Assembly: GCA_036561525.1 (NCBI GenBank)
Contig: DATBPD010000023.1
Span: 58,930-122,929 of the forward strand
Source: Candidatus Dormiibacterota bacterium
GTDB lineage: Bacteria; Chloroflexota; Dormibacteria; Aeolococcales; Aeolococcaceae
Direction of reading: 5' to 3'
DNA: 64,000 nt
The notes under the pieces were generated by a model that was not told the DNA's origin, searched no databases, and saw only the letters and a program-made list of their open reading frames with translations. Position 1 is the first letter of the stretch. Every line of letters begins with the position of its first letter. Shown here in pieces: positions 47,222 through 56,857 of the stretch. A program made the translations under genes and the position numbers.

Positions 47222-47782
47222 GTGATGCCCAACGGAGAGACGCCGGAGGTGAGGATCGAGCCCTGGGCGGAGGGCGATCTTGACCTGCTGCGCGAAACCA
47301 ACAGCAGGGAGATGAAGGAACACCTGGGCGGCCCGGAGACCGAGGAACAGATCGTGGCACGCCACCAGCGCTATCTCGCCACCGGCGGGTCGGGCACGGG
47401 GCGCATGTTCAGCATCGTGCTGCTCCCTGAGCGCCGCGGAGTCGGCACCATCGGCTACTGGGAACGCGTGTGGAAACAGGACGCTGTCTACGAGACGGGT
47501 TGGAGTGTTCTGCGCCGCTTTCAGGGTAGAGGCATCGCGGCCGCGGCGACTGAGGCGGTCGTCTCCGCGGCCAGGGCGGAGACGAAGCACAGATACATCC
47601 ATGCCTTCCCGTCCGTCGACAACCCCGCGTCGAACGCGATCTGTCGAAAGCTCAACTTCACATTGCTCGAAGAGTGCGACTTCGAGTTCCCGCCGGGCCA
47701 CCTGATGCGCTGCAACAATTGGCGCCTGGACCTCACTGCCGGTGGGGACCCGGACAACGCCAGCGGTGGCACCGTCCGCTGA
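47222..47782 (+). CDS. GNAT-family N-acetyltransferase
   Basis: The product has RRFQGRGIAAAATEAVV and lies 7 nt after the ABC-F stop. Confidence 0.7.
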   Translation: MMPNGETPEVRIEPWAEGDLDLLRETNSREMKEHLGGPETEEQIVARHQRYLATGGSGTGRMFSIVLLPERRGVGTIGYWERVWKQDAVYETGWSVLRRFQGRGIAAAATEAVVSAARAETKHRYIHAFPSVDNPASNAICRKLNFTLLEECDFEFPPGHLMRCNNWRLDLTAGGDPDNASGGTVR

Positions 47783-47895
47783 AGTCTCGCGCCTCGAGGC
47801 CCAGCCCACTCTCGAGGAGGGTGGTGACAACCGATCACACAAAATGCGTTGCAACCGTCCGGCATCGGGTACCGTCTGCCCATGCCGACTGAGCG

Positions 47896-49512
47896 ATGTC
47901 GCCGGCCGACGTGAGTTCGCGAAGACTGAAGCTTCATCGACCCGTGGCGCGTGCGGTCTGTGCGGTCCTCGCCGTCGCCACCGCGGTGGCGACCGGCGGC
48001 CTGGCCACGCCGTCGCACGCCAGCGCGGCGGGCTACGCCAGCATCCGCGTCAACCCTGTGCGTCAAAAGTACGGGCTCGATTGCGAGGCCGCGGCGCTGC
48101 AGATCGCTCTGAGCGCGATCGGCATCAACGTCAGCCAGGACTGGCTCCTGCAGCGGTTCGGTGTCGATCCCCGGCTCCCGGCGATGAGCGGGGGCCGCCC
48201 GGTGCGGTGGGGAGATCCGTACGAGTCTTTCGTCGGAGATGTGCGTGGTGCCTGGTTGAGGACTGGATACGGCGTCTACTACCCGCCGATTGCCGCGGCG
48301 GCGCAGGTTGCCGGGGCCGGCGCGGTCGGACATGAAGCGTGGTCCCCCTCCCAGCTCTACAACGAGGTGGCCCTGGGTCACCCGGTCGTGGTTCGCGTGT
48401 CACACCTGCTCAACCCCGTCTCGGTGGGCCATTGGACGGCCTGGGATGGCCGCAACGTGTGGTACTCGCCGCAGGACCACGCGCAGGTGCTGTCCGGGTT
48501 CAACTACGCGGCGGGGACGGTGACCCTGGCTGACCCGAGCGACGGCCAGATGCACACCGTCTCGATGTCGCTCTTCGAGTATCGATTTGCTCAGTTCATG
48601 GGCTCGGCGGTGGTCATCACACCCCCGGGCATACACCTCGCACCGCTCCAGACAACAGGGCAGGCCAGCTCTGCGATCGCCGTTGCCAGCGGCACCATCT
48701 GGGCTCTGTCGCCGGGCGCCGGCTCGTTCGGCAGCAACCACCAGTGGTCCTCGGTCCCGTTCTACGGCACGCGCGCCACCACCTTCGCCGACCTCGACGG
48801 CCCCGGCAAGCCCGCTTCGGCGGTGGCCATCAACGAGGCCTCCGTCTGGGTCATGAAGAACAACAACGGCAGCTTCGGCTACCCCACACCGTGGTCAAGC
48901 GTCCCGTTCTACGGTTCACGAGCCACGCTGATGGCAGATGTCGACGGAAGCGGTTTCGCTGCCGCGGTGGCGATCAACGACAACAGCGTCTGGGTGATGC
49001 GCGTCAACTCCGCGAGGGATGGCTTCGGGGCGCCGCAGCTGTGGTCAAGCTCGTTCTTCTACGGCAACCGCGCCACCGTCATGGCCGATGTCGACGGCAG
49101 CGGCCGGGCGTCCCCCGTCGCCGTCAACGACGACAGCATCTGGGTGTTGCCGAACCACGGGGGCGCATCCTTCGACCCGCCGCAATCGCGATCAAGCTCG
49201 CTCTTCTACGGCAGCCGCGGCACCTTCATGGCCGACCTCGACGGACCCGGCAAACCGGCCTCGGCCGTGGCCATGAACGACAGCAGCATCTGGGTGGAGA
49301 AGAACAACGGTGCGGGCAGCTTCACGGCGCCGGTGCCCTGGTCCAGCGGGCCCTTCTACGCCAACTCGCAGTACCTGGCCGATCTCGACGGCAGTGGACG
49401 CGCCTCGGCCATCGCGGTCAGCAGCACAGCCATCTGGGTCGAGCAGAACACCGGGTCCGGCTTCGGGCCTCCCACCAGGTGGTTCGACGGCGCCTTCTAC
49501 GGAACCCACTAG
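47896..49512 (+). CDS. secreted protein: N-terminal peptidase C39-like (papain-fold) domain plus FG-GAP-like repeats
   Basis: The product has a signal peptide, then YGLDCEAAALQIALSAIG (Cys of a C39-like domain), then 6 or more repeats paralogous to those in the 43590-45209 protein. Confidence 0.65.
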   Translation: MSPADVSSRRLKLHRPVARAVCAVLAVATAVATGGLATPSHASAAGYASIRVNPVRQKYGLDCEAAALQIALSAIGINVSQDWLLQRFGVDPRLPAMSGGRPVRWGDPYESFVGDVRGAWLRTGYGVYYPPIAAAAQVAGAGAVGHEAWSPSQLYNEVALGHPVVVRVSHLLNPVSVGHWTAWDGRNVWYSPQDHAQVLSGFNYAAGTVTLADPSDGQMHTVSMSLFEYRFAQFMGSAVVITPPGIHLAPLQTTGQASSAIAVASGTIWALSPGAGSFGSNHQWSSVPFYGTRATTFADLDGPGKPASAVAINEASVWVMKNNNGSFGYPTPWSSVPFYGSRATLMADVDGSGFAAAVAINDNSVWVMRVNSARDGFGAPQLWSSSFFYGNRATVMADVDGSGRASPVAVNDDSIWVLPNHGGASFDPPQSRSSSLFYGSRGTFMADLDGPGKPASAVAMNDSSIWVEKNNGAGSFTAPVPWSSGPFYANSQYLADLDGSGRASAIAVSSTAIWVEQNTGSGFGPPTRWFDGAFYGTH

Positions 49513-49525
49513 CGACCTACCCCAC

Positions 49526-50260
49526 TCAGCGCAGGCCCTGCACGATGGCTGCCGCGGCGCCCAGGCCGGCGAGCACCAACGTCCCCCAGCGAACCGCCTC
49601 CTCGTCCAGATGGCGCACCAGCACGACGCCCGCTGCGAATCCCACCAGCAATGCCGCCGCGCCTCCGACCAGGAACCAGGCCGGCAACGACGGTACTCCG
49701 CGAGACGCCACCGACACGATGTTGATGCCCAGGAAGTATGTCCCCAGGGTGGCCCGCGTCTGCCCAGGCGACCAGCGCGCGTTCAGCGCATAGCCGGCCA
49801 CCGCCGGACCGCCGACGCCCCCTGCGACGTTCATCGCCCCGCTGACGGCGCCGGCCAGCACCGCGCCCACGCGACCGGCGAGTCGCTGCAGCGCGAGGCC
49901 CGAGGCCAGCAGAGCCACGGTGACCAGCACCAGGCATCCGGCCGCGACGGCGAGAACATGTGGATTGGCGTCGCGGATCAGCCAGGCGGTCGCCAGGGCG
50001 GCAAGGCTCGCGGGGACAAGGAGAAGAATCGCCTGGCGCAGGTCTGCCGACCGCCATTCACGCTTCACGACGAGCAGGTTGACGCCGATTGCCAGAAGGT
50101 TGGCAAGGCGGACGCCGTCGCCGCCCCCGAGCGCCACGGTCAGAAGAGGAGCACAGACCAGGGCGAAGCCGATACCGGTGATCGCCTGCGCACCGGCACC
50201 CGCGGTGACGGCGAGGAGCGCGGCACCTTCAGCGAGGCTCACCGAGCAGATGGTGCCCAA
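49526..50260 (-). CDS. TauE/SafE (DUF81) sulfite/anion exporter family membrane protein
   Basis: The product is a polytopic Gly/Ala-rich membrane protein with the duplicated halves characteristic of TauE. Confidence 0.75.
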   Translation of the reverse strand: MGTICSVSLAEGAALLAVTAGAGAQAITGIGFALVCAPLLTVALGGGDGVRLANLLAIGVNLLVVKREWRSADLRQAILLLVPASLAALATAWLIRDANPHVLAVAAGCLVLVTVALLASGLALQRLAGRVGAVLAGAVSGAMNVAGGVGGPAVAGYALNARWSPGQTRATLGTYFLGINIVSVASRGVPSLPAWFLVGGAAALLVGFAAGVVLVRHLDEEAVRWGTLVLAGLGAAAAIVQGLR

Positions 50261-51665
50261 TCACATCGTGGTCAGGCGCCCGGCTGTGGTTCGCCTCTCT
50301 GATGCGATTGACGACGCGACCGACCACCAGGGTCGCCGGCGCGGCGATGCCGGCGTGGGCCACCGCCGCCGTGATCTCGCAGAGCGGGGCGCGGACGGTC
50401 ACCTGCGTGTCGGTGGTGGCGTTGGCGATGACCGCGGCCGGCCAGTTGGGCCCGAGCACGCGAGCAAGCCGTCGCACCATGCCTGCGAGGGCCGCGAGCG
50501 GCATCAGCACCACCAGGGTGTCGACAGCTGCGGCGACCGCCTCGATGTCGCGCGGCAGCCGTCCGTCGCTGTCGCTCCCGGTGACGATCGCCACCGACCC
50601 CGAGACGCCGCGAAAGGTGACCGGGATGTCCGCCGCCGCGGGCGCGGCCAGCGCCGAGCTCACCCCTGGCACGACGTATGCCTCGACCCCGGCGCCGCGC
50701 AGCGCGTCCAGCTCCTCACCACCCCTGCCGAACAGAAACGGGTCGCCGCCCTTGAGCCGCACCACCTCCAGACCGGCACGCGCTGCATCGATGAGCTTCG
50801 CGGTGATGTCATCCTGGGAGGTGCGCAGCCCGCCGCCGCGTTTGCCCACGTCGACCAGCCTGGTTCTCGCCCCACACAGGTGGAGGATGTCGGGCGACAC
50901 CAGCGCATCGTGGAAGACGACGTCGGCATCGAACAGCAGCTCGCGCGCCGCTATCGTGAGCAGCCCTGGATCCCCCGGTCCCGCTCCGACGAGGTGGACG
51001 ACGCCGGCGGGCGCGAGGTCCCGCGCAGCGGCGCCGGGCGGCGCACCCAGCGCTGTCCCCGAGCCGCCGTCGCGCAGCGAAGCTCGAACCCGCGCCCGAA
51101 GCAGCCCACTGTAGATGCGCTGCTGCTCCGCGGCGGACACCCCGTCGCGACGCAGCCGGCGGCGCACCCCGCCCACCAGCGACAGCAGCGAGCCCCACTC
51201 GTCACCGATGAGCTTCTCCAGGCGTTCGCGGACCGCGGCCGCAACGTAGGGGCTGTCACCCGATGTCGACACCGCGACCTGCAGCCGGCCGCGCCGCACC
51301 AGCGCCGGCGACGCGAAGTCGCACGACCGTGGCCGGTCGTGGGTGTTGAGCAGCACACCCTCCGCCGTGGCCTCGACGCGCGCCGCGCGCTCGGTGGCCA
51401 CCTCGTCGATGGTGTTGAGCGCGAGGAATGCGCCGCGCAGGTCCCCGCGCCCGTACGCGCGCGCAGTCCAGTCGATGCCCCCGCTGGCTGCCAGCTTCGC
51501 CAGCGTGATGTGCAGGACTGGTGCGACCACGGTGACAAGCGCGCCGGCGTCGAGGAGGCCGGCCACGCGACGCGCAGCGATCTCGCCACCGCCGAGCACG
51601 ACGCACCGCCGGCCGGCGAGGTCGAGCGCGACCATGTAAGCGAGCGGACGCTCGGCGCGGATCAC
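50229..51665 (-). CDS. cysG: siroheme synthase (precorrin-2 dehydrogenase/ferrochelatase fused to uroporphyrinogen-III C-methyltransferase)
   Basis: The N-terminal half has a Rossmann motif VVLGGGEIAARRVAGLL. The C-terminal half has VVHLVGAGPGDPGLLT (a CobA-type SAM methyltransferase motif). Confidence 0.85.
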   Translation of the reverse strand: MIRAERPLAYMVALDLAGRRCVVLGGGEIAARRVAGLLDAGALVTVVAPVLHITLAKLAASGGIDWTARAYGRGDLRGAFLALNTIDEVATERAARVEATAEGVLLNTHDRPRSCDFASPALVRRGRLQVAVSTSGDSPYVAAAVRERLEKLIGDEWGSLLSLVGGVRRRLRRDGVSAAEQQRIYSGLLRARVRASLRDGGSGTALGAPPGAAARDLAPAGVVHLVGAGPGDPGLLTIAARELLFDADVVFHDALVSPDILHLCGARTRLVDVGKRGGGLRTSQDDITAKLIDAARAGLEVVRLKGGDPFLFGRGGEELDALRGAGVEAYVVPGVSSALAAPAAADIPVTFRGVSGSVAIVTGSDSDGRLPRDIEAVAAAVDTLVVLMPLAALAGMVRRLARVLGPNWPAAVIANATTDTQVTVRAPLCEITAAVAHAGIAAPATLVVGRVVNRIREANHSRAPDHDVIGHHLLGEPR

Positions 51666-53416
51666 GCCGGCACGGCCGCCACGGCGTCCTCACGCACGGC
51701 CATGTCGGGCTCTCCAAAACGGCGGCGCAGCGCCTCGATCCCGATACGATGGCACCAGTCGCCGAACGCCTCGCCGTGGTCCCGCTCGGCTGCGAATGCG
51801 CGCAGCACCGGCCGCAACAGTCCGCAGATGGACTCGAACGGCACCGCGAAGGCGTATTCCTGATTGAGCCGCGTCCCTCCGGGATCGCCACCGAGGAACA
51901 CGTCGTACTTCCCCAGGGTGGTGCCGACCAGGCCGACGTCGCCGAGGTAGGGGCGCGCGCAGCCATTGGGGCAGCCCGTCATCCGCACGGAGATGGGCGA
52001 GTCGGCCAGGCCGGCCTCGTCAACCAGGGTCTCGATGTCGCGAATCAGCGAGGGCAGGACGCGCTCGCTCTCGGCCACCGCAAGCCCGCACGTGGGTATC
52101 GCCGGGCAGGCCATGGAGAGGCGGCGCACCGGGTGCACCGCCGCCGCCGGCTCGACACCATGGCCGTCGAGGATGGCGTCGACGGTGCCGCGGTGCTCGG
52201 GCGAGACACCGGCGAAGATGACGTTCTGCTGGGCGGTGAGCCGCACCTCCGGACGGATCGTCTCGACCACCTCGCGGAGCGCGGAGCGCAGACGCGTCGC
52301 AGCAGTGTCGGCGATACGGCCGTTCTCGACGAAGAGCCCCAGGTACAGGCTGCCGTCGCCCTGCTCGTGCCAGCCGAGGTGATCCTCAACTCGAGGCCAG
52401 CTGAGCGGAACCGGCTCGCCGAGCGCGAACCCGACGCGACCCTGCACCTGCTTGGTGAACCAGGGCAGGCCACGGTCGCCGATGAGGTACTTGAGACGGC
52501 CATGGCGGCGGTCCCCGCGATTGCCGTGGTCGCGTTGCACCTCGATGACCGCGCGACTGAGCGCCACCACCTGGTCGGGCAGCACCGTCGCCATGGGACG
52601 GGCCACCGCGGCGAATGTATCGGGCTTGTTGCGTGTGCGTCCCAGGCCCCCGCCGACCAGGGCAGTGAAGCCCGAGAGGTTTCCGTCGGAGCCGCGCAAC
52701 GCCACCAGGCCGAGGTCGTTGGCATGCACGTCGACGCAGTTGTCACCGGACAACGCGATCGCGGTCTTGAACTTCCTCGGCAGGTAGCGCGACCCGTACA
52801 GCGGCTCGCTCTCGGCGCTCACCGACTCCACCGCCAGCTCCCCGTCCAGCCAGATCTCGTGGTACGCGCCCGTGGACGGGGTGAGCTCGGCCACCAGCGC
52901 GGCGAGCCAGCGCGTCACCTCGCTGCGGAATCGGTCCACCACCGGGGCTGGGCAGCACATGATGTTGCGCTCCACGTCCCCGCAGCCGCCAAGCGTGGTG
53001 AGCAGGGCGTCATTGATCTCGCGGATCGCCACGCGCAGGTCGCCCTTGAGCACGCCGTGCAGCTGGAAGTCCTGCCGCGTGGTGACACGCATGGTGGCGT
53101 TGCCCCACTCGGAGGCGATGCGATCGTGGGCGAGGTACGCGTCCGGCGAGACGATCCCACCCGGGATGCGCGTGCGCACCATCATCTGGTGGTGCTTCGC
53201 CAGCCCGAGGCGGCGCGCCTCCCTGCGCCGGTCACGATCCTCCTGCTGGTAGACGCCGTGAAACTTGAGGAGCTGCATCGACGACTCGGTGAAGAGCGGC
53301 TCGGCGGACGCCAGCTCGTCGACGATCGCGCCGCGCAGCAGGTTGCTCGATGCCTTGATCAGCTCGACCTTGGAGAGGTGTTGCCCAGGCGCATTGCAGC
53401 CGCACGTGCCACACAT
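51662..53416 (-). CDS. sir: ferredoxin-dependent sulfite (or nitrite) reductase hemoprotein
   Basis: The product has a siroheme/4Fe-4S motif CPAIPTCGLA...C plus duplicated ferredoxin-like halves. It is ATGA-coupled to cysG. Confidence 0.8.
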   Translation of the reverse strand: MCGTCGCNAPGQHLSKVELIKASSNLLRGAIVDELASAEPLFTESSMQLLKFHGVYQQEDRDRRREARRLGLAKHHQMMVRTRIPGGIVSPDAYLAHDRIASEWGNATMRVTTRQDFQLHGVLKGDLRVAIREINDALLTTLGGCGDVERNIMCCPAPVVDRFRSEVTRWLAALVAELTPSTGAYHEIWLDGELAVESVSAESEPLYGSRYLPRKFKTAIALSGDNCVDVHANDLGLVALRGSDGNLSGFTALVGGGLGRTRNKPDTFAAVARPMATVLPDQVVALSRAVIEVQRDHGNRGDRRHGRLKYLIGDRGLPWFTKQVQGRVGFALGEPVPLSWPRVEDHLGWHEQGDGSLYLGLFVENGRIADTAATRLRSALREVVETIRPEVRLTAQQNVIFAGVSPEHRGTVDAILDGHGVEPAAAVHPVRRLSMACPAIPTCGLAVAESERVLPSLIRDIETLVDEAGLADSPISVRMTGCPNGCARPYLGDVGLVGTTLGKYDVFLGGDPGGTRLNQEYAFAVPFESICGLLRPVLRAFAAERDHGEAFGDWCHRIGIEALRRRFGEPDMAVREDAVAAVPA

Positions 53417-53985
53417 CAGCTCGCTGCCTCAGCGAGACCCAGCGGCGTCACAAGATCGTCCGCCAGCAGAGCCGAGTCGATGGCCCGCAGCACCGCGACG
53501 ACGGCATCGTCGACGGTCTCTGTGCCAGTCTCGACCCGCACGTCCGGACTGACGGGCTCCTCATACGGATCTGACACACCCGTGAAGTTGCCGATCTCAC
53601 CGGCGAGGGCGCGCCGGTACAGGCCCTTGACGTCACGGCGAACCAGCTCGTCGAGCGGGCAGTGCACGTACACCTCGAGGAACCGGCCGACGCGGGCGCG
53701 CACCTCGTCGCGGACTGCACGGTAGGGAGAGATCGCTGCCACCAGGACGACCACACCATTGCGGGTGAGCAGGTCGGCGACGAAACCCAGCCTGCGGATG
53801 TTGGTGTCGCGATCCTCCTTGCTGAAACCGAGGCCGGCGCTCAGGCTCCTGCGGACCTCGTCGCCGTCGAGGATCTCCACTGGCCGGTCCTGCTCCCTGA
53901 TGTGCCTGGCCACCGCCTCGGCGAGTGTCGACTTGCCCGCACCGGACAGGCCGGTGAACCACACCGTCAGGCCCTGCTCGCTCAC
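53416..53985 (-). CDS. cysC: adenylyl-sulfate (APS) kinase
   Basis: The product has the P-loop VWFTGLSGAGKST. Its GTG start overlaps the cysH stop in a GTGA. Confidence 0.85.
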   Translation of the reverse strand: MSEQGLTVWFTGLSGAGKSTLAEAVARHIREQDRPVEILDGDEVRRSLSAGLGFSKEDRDTNIRRLGFVADLLTRNGVVVLVAAISPYRAVRDEVRARVGRFLEVYVHCPLDELVRRDVKGLYRRALAGEIGNFTGVSDPYEEPVSPDVRVETGTETVDDAVVAVLRAIDSALLADDLVTPLGLAEAAS

Positions 53986-54743
53986 GACGCCGCTCCGACC
54001 GGAGCCAGCAGCGGCGTGGCATGGATGCCGCACTCCTTCTCGACGCCGGTCTCCCACCACCAGCGTCCAGCACGTGCGTGCTCGCCGGCGGCGACCGGGC
54101 GCGTGCACGGCGCGCAGCCGATGCTCGCGTATCCCGTGGAGTAGAGCGGGTGCAGCGGCACCCCATGCGCGCGCAGGTAGCTCTGCACGTTCTCGTCGGA
54201 CCACCGCGCCAGCGGGTTGACCTTGATGATGCCGCCGTGGCGAGCATCGATCTCGAGCATCTCCGCACCGGCGCGCCCCGCCGCCTGGCCGCGCCGCACG
54301 CCGCTGAGCCAGCAGTCGACGGCCGCCAGGACACGCTGGAGCGGGGCGACCTTGCGCAGGTGGCAGCAATCCAGGCGCAGCTGTGCGGACGCGTAAAAGG
54401 GATTCGCACCGTGCTCACGCGTGAACCCCTCGAGGGCATCGCGATCGGGATGGATGACCTCGATGGTGCGCGCCCAGTGCTCGCGCAGCGTGTCCAAATA
54501 GCGGTGGGTGGCCTCCGGGAGTCGACCGGTGTCGATGGTCAGCACCCGGACGGCTGGATCAAGCGCGATGGCCATGTCGGCGACGGCGACGCCCTCGGCC
54601 TGCAGCCCCGTGACAACCACGCGCCGCTGGCGCGAGAAGCGTGTCAGCGCCCAGGCGATGACGTCACGTGCGTTGCCGTCGATCAGGCGCGCGCGAGCCA
54701 GGACCAGTTCCTGTTCGGAGAAGGCGGTGGTCGGCAGCGTCAT
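53982..54743 (-). CDS. cysH: phosphoadenosine-phosphosulfate/APS reductase (thioredoxin-dependent, Fe-S type)
   Basis: The product has a PP-loop fold plus CC...CAPC cysteines (DCCHLRK and IGCAPCT) indicating the 4Fe-4S APS reductase subtype. Confidence 0.8.
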   Translation of the reverse strand: MTLPTTAFSEQELVLARARLIDGNARDVIAWALTRFSRQRRVVVTGLQAEGVAVADMAIALDPAVRVLTIDTGRLPEATHRYLDTLREHWARTIEVIHPDRDALEGFTREHGANPFYASAQLRLDCCHLRKVAPLQRVLAAVDCWLSGVRRGQAAGRAGAEMLEIDARHGGIIKVNPLARWSDENVQSYLRAHGVPLHPLYSTGYASIGCAPCTRPVAAGEHARAGRWWWETGVEKECGIHATPLLAPVGAAS

Positions 54744-55163
54744 GTATTCCTCGTTCCTTGGGGTCAACCGGCATTCGCATCTGCGCCGGCACGTCACTTG
54801 TTGCCAGGCGTGTGCGCAGCCCTCGGTGAGGGCGAATTCCCGCAGCGTTCAGGCTGCGGGGGCTCCGTCGACGGCGCGACCGCGGTCGCGTGAAGTCCTG
54901 TCGACTGCGCTCAGCGCATTGGACAGATCGCGGTGCCGCAACGACCGTGGTCGAGCCACAGCCTGCGTGTCAGCGAATCGCCTTCCCTCGTCATTGGCGC
55001 TGATCGTACGTTGGCCACGTCGGCGGCGTCAAACTCGATCGACGCGCGCCACCGGTTCACAGAAGCCACCATGTCGCAGCTGACCCACCGCGGTGTGAAC
55101 CGCCGGCCCGTGTCAGACGCTGAGCGGCACAGCGTTCCGAAAATCTGCACTGGCCGACGCGAG

Positions 55164-55526
55164 TCAACGGCCCGGCTCCAGCTGGTGGATCAGGTCGTCG
55201 AGATGGCCGCGAAGCGCCGCCTCGAGCTGCTGGATCAGCGCATACAGCCCGATCGCCGTGTCGCGGGTGTCGCCGTTCAACTGCCGAAGCGCTCCCGGAA
55301 GGATCGGAATGCCACCCGGCGGGCCTGGCGCCGGCGACGGGGATGGCCCCGCGACGGCGGCGCTCGGGATGGCAGCGGCCGGAGCCGCCGACGGTGCGGT
55401 ACTGGCGACCGGCCACGTCGCCGGCTGCACCACGACGCTGCCCGGATGGGCGAGGAGGTGAACGCCTCCCCACGCGATCAGCACGATCGTGACGGGGAGG
55501 AGGATTCGCGCTGAGATCAGTCGCAT
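55164..55526 (-). CDS. small secreted/anchored hypothetical protein (120 aa), Pro/Ala-rich
   Basis: GGTGGAG lies 8 nt upstream of the ATG. The product is MRLISARILLPVTIVLIAWGGVHLLA... and GC3 is high. Confidence 0.45.
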   Translation of the reverse strand: MRLISARILLPVTIVLIAWGGVHLLAHPGSVVVQPATWPVASTAPSAAPAAAIPSAAVAGPSPSPAPGPPGGIPILPGALRQLNGDTRDTAIGLYALIQQLEAALRGHLDDLIHQLEPGR

Positions 55527-55680
55527 GGCACGCTCCACCCTGGCGCGCGCCGCCCCTCCGCCGCGGTGTCGGTCCCGGCGCCACCAGCATACACAGATCG
55601 GTGGTGGTTGGGCAAGCTGGTCCCAGGCAGCTGGCGGCGCGGCAGCGCGCCCATCGGGAGCTCTGTGCAAGCCTGTAGGC

Positions 55681-56844
55681 GTGGTCGCTCGCCTGCGTCT
55701 GCTCAGCTGCCTCGCCGCCGCGGTCGCCACGACCAGCTCATGCGGGTCGACCCCGCCGGCGAGCGCCACCGCCACTCTGAGGGCGACGGCGTCGCCCACG
55801 TCCACCCCGGCGCCGAGCGCCACCGCGGATGCCTGCGCTGTGCACGCTCAGGCACCGCCCTCAGCGACCATCCCCGCCGCGTTCGCCACCGCCCTGGCCT
55901 TCGCCCCCGACGGCCGCCTGTTCTACACCGAGCGCTCGGGAACCGTCCGCGTCTGGCAGGATGGGGCCGCGCGGACCTTCGCGACGGTCGCGACCGTCAC
56001 GACTGAGTCCAACGGCTCGTACAGCGAGCGCGGCCTCCTCGGCCTGGCCATCAGCCCCACGTTCACCACCGATCGTTTTGTCTACGCGTTCTACTCGGAC
56101 GCCAACCGCACCCAGCAGCACGTGATCCGCTGGCGCGATTGCGCGGGGACGGGTGTCGGCGCCAAGATCCTGGTGACGCTGCCGTCGGGATCTGACTGCT
56201 GCCACAAGGGAGGTCGGCTGGCCTTCGGGCACGACGGCATGCTCTACGTCACCCTCGGCGAAGAGCACACCGCCAGCGCTGCGCAGAACAAGGCGGATCC
56301 GCGCGGCAAGATCCTCAGGTACCGGCCGGACGGGAGCATCCCCGCCGACGACCCGTTCGGACCGACGGATCCCGTCTGGGCGTTCGGGCTGCGCAACCCC
56401 TTCGGCATCGCCGTCGCCGCCAGCGGCCAGATCGCGGTGACCAGCAACGGTCCCTCCGGCGACGCGGGCAGCCCAACAAGCGGCTATGACACCCTGATCC
56501 TGTCGGTGGCGCGGGGCGCCGGGTATCAATGGCCGCTCTGCTATGGATACTCGCACCCGCTCGCCGGGCCCTCCGGTTGCAACGGCAGCATCGCCCCGGA
56601 CTGGAGCAGCGAGACCAGCACCGTGATTCCCACCGGTGCCGCGTTCATCGACGCCGGCGGTCCCGCGGCCTATGCAGGGCACCTCGTGTTCTGCACGTAC
56701 GGGCGGGGCATGCTGGTGGTCAGCCCCGGCAGTCCGCACGCCACCGTGACGCCCGGGCCGTCACAGTGCACGCTCGACGTGGTGCAGGGACCTGACCGCG
56801 CCATCTACGTGTCCGACACCGGCCACATCTACCGTTTCGGCTGA
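55681..56844 (+). CDS. PQQ-dependent sugar (glucose/sorbosone) dehydrogenase-like beta-propeller lipoprotein
   Basis: The product has a lipobox LAAAVATTSSCGS. Propeller motifs are LAFAPDGRLFYTERSGTVRV and LAFGHDGMLYVTLGE. The start is uncertain (GTG 55681). Confidence 0.7.
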   Translation: MVARLRLLSCLAAAVATTSSCGSTPPASATATLRATASPTSTPAPSATADACAVHAQAPPSATIPAAFATALAFAPDGRLFYTERSGTVRVWQDGAARTFATVATVTTESNGSYSERGLLGLAISPTFTTDRFVYAFYSDANRTQQHVIRWRDCAGTGVGAKILVTLPSGSDCCHKGGRLAFGHDGMLYVTLGEEHTASAAQNKADPRGKILRYRPDGSIPADDPFGPTDPVWAFGLRNPFGIAVAASGQIAVTSNGPSGDAGSPTSGYDTLILSVARGAGYQWPLCYGYSHPLAGPSGCNGSIAPDWSSETSTVIPTGAAFIDAGGPAAYAGHLVFCTYGRGMLVVSPGSPHATVTPGPSQCTLDVVQGPDRAIYVSDTGHIYRFG

Positions 56845-56857
56845 GCAGACCTCGCCG

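Noticed and set aside
54745-55163. A SAM/S-box riboswitch in the cysH leader.
   Set aside because: The SAM-I consensus elements were not found (no AUCAAGAG or GGAGGGA core paired with CCCGGCAACC).
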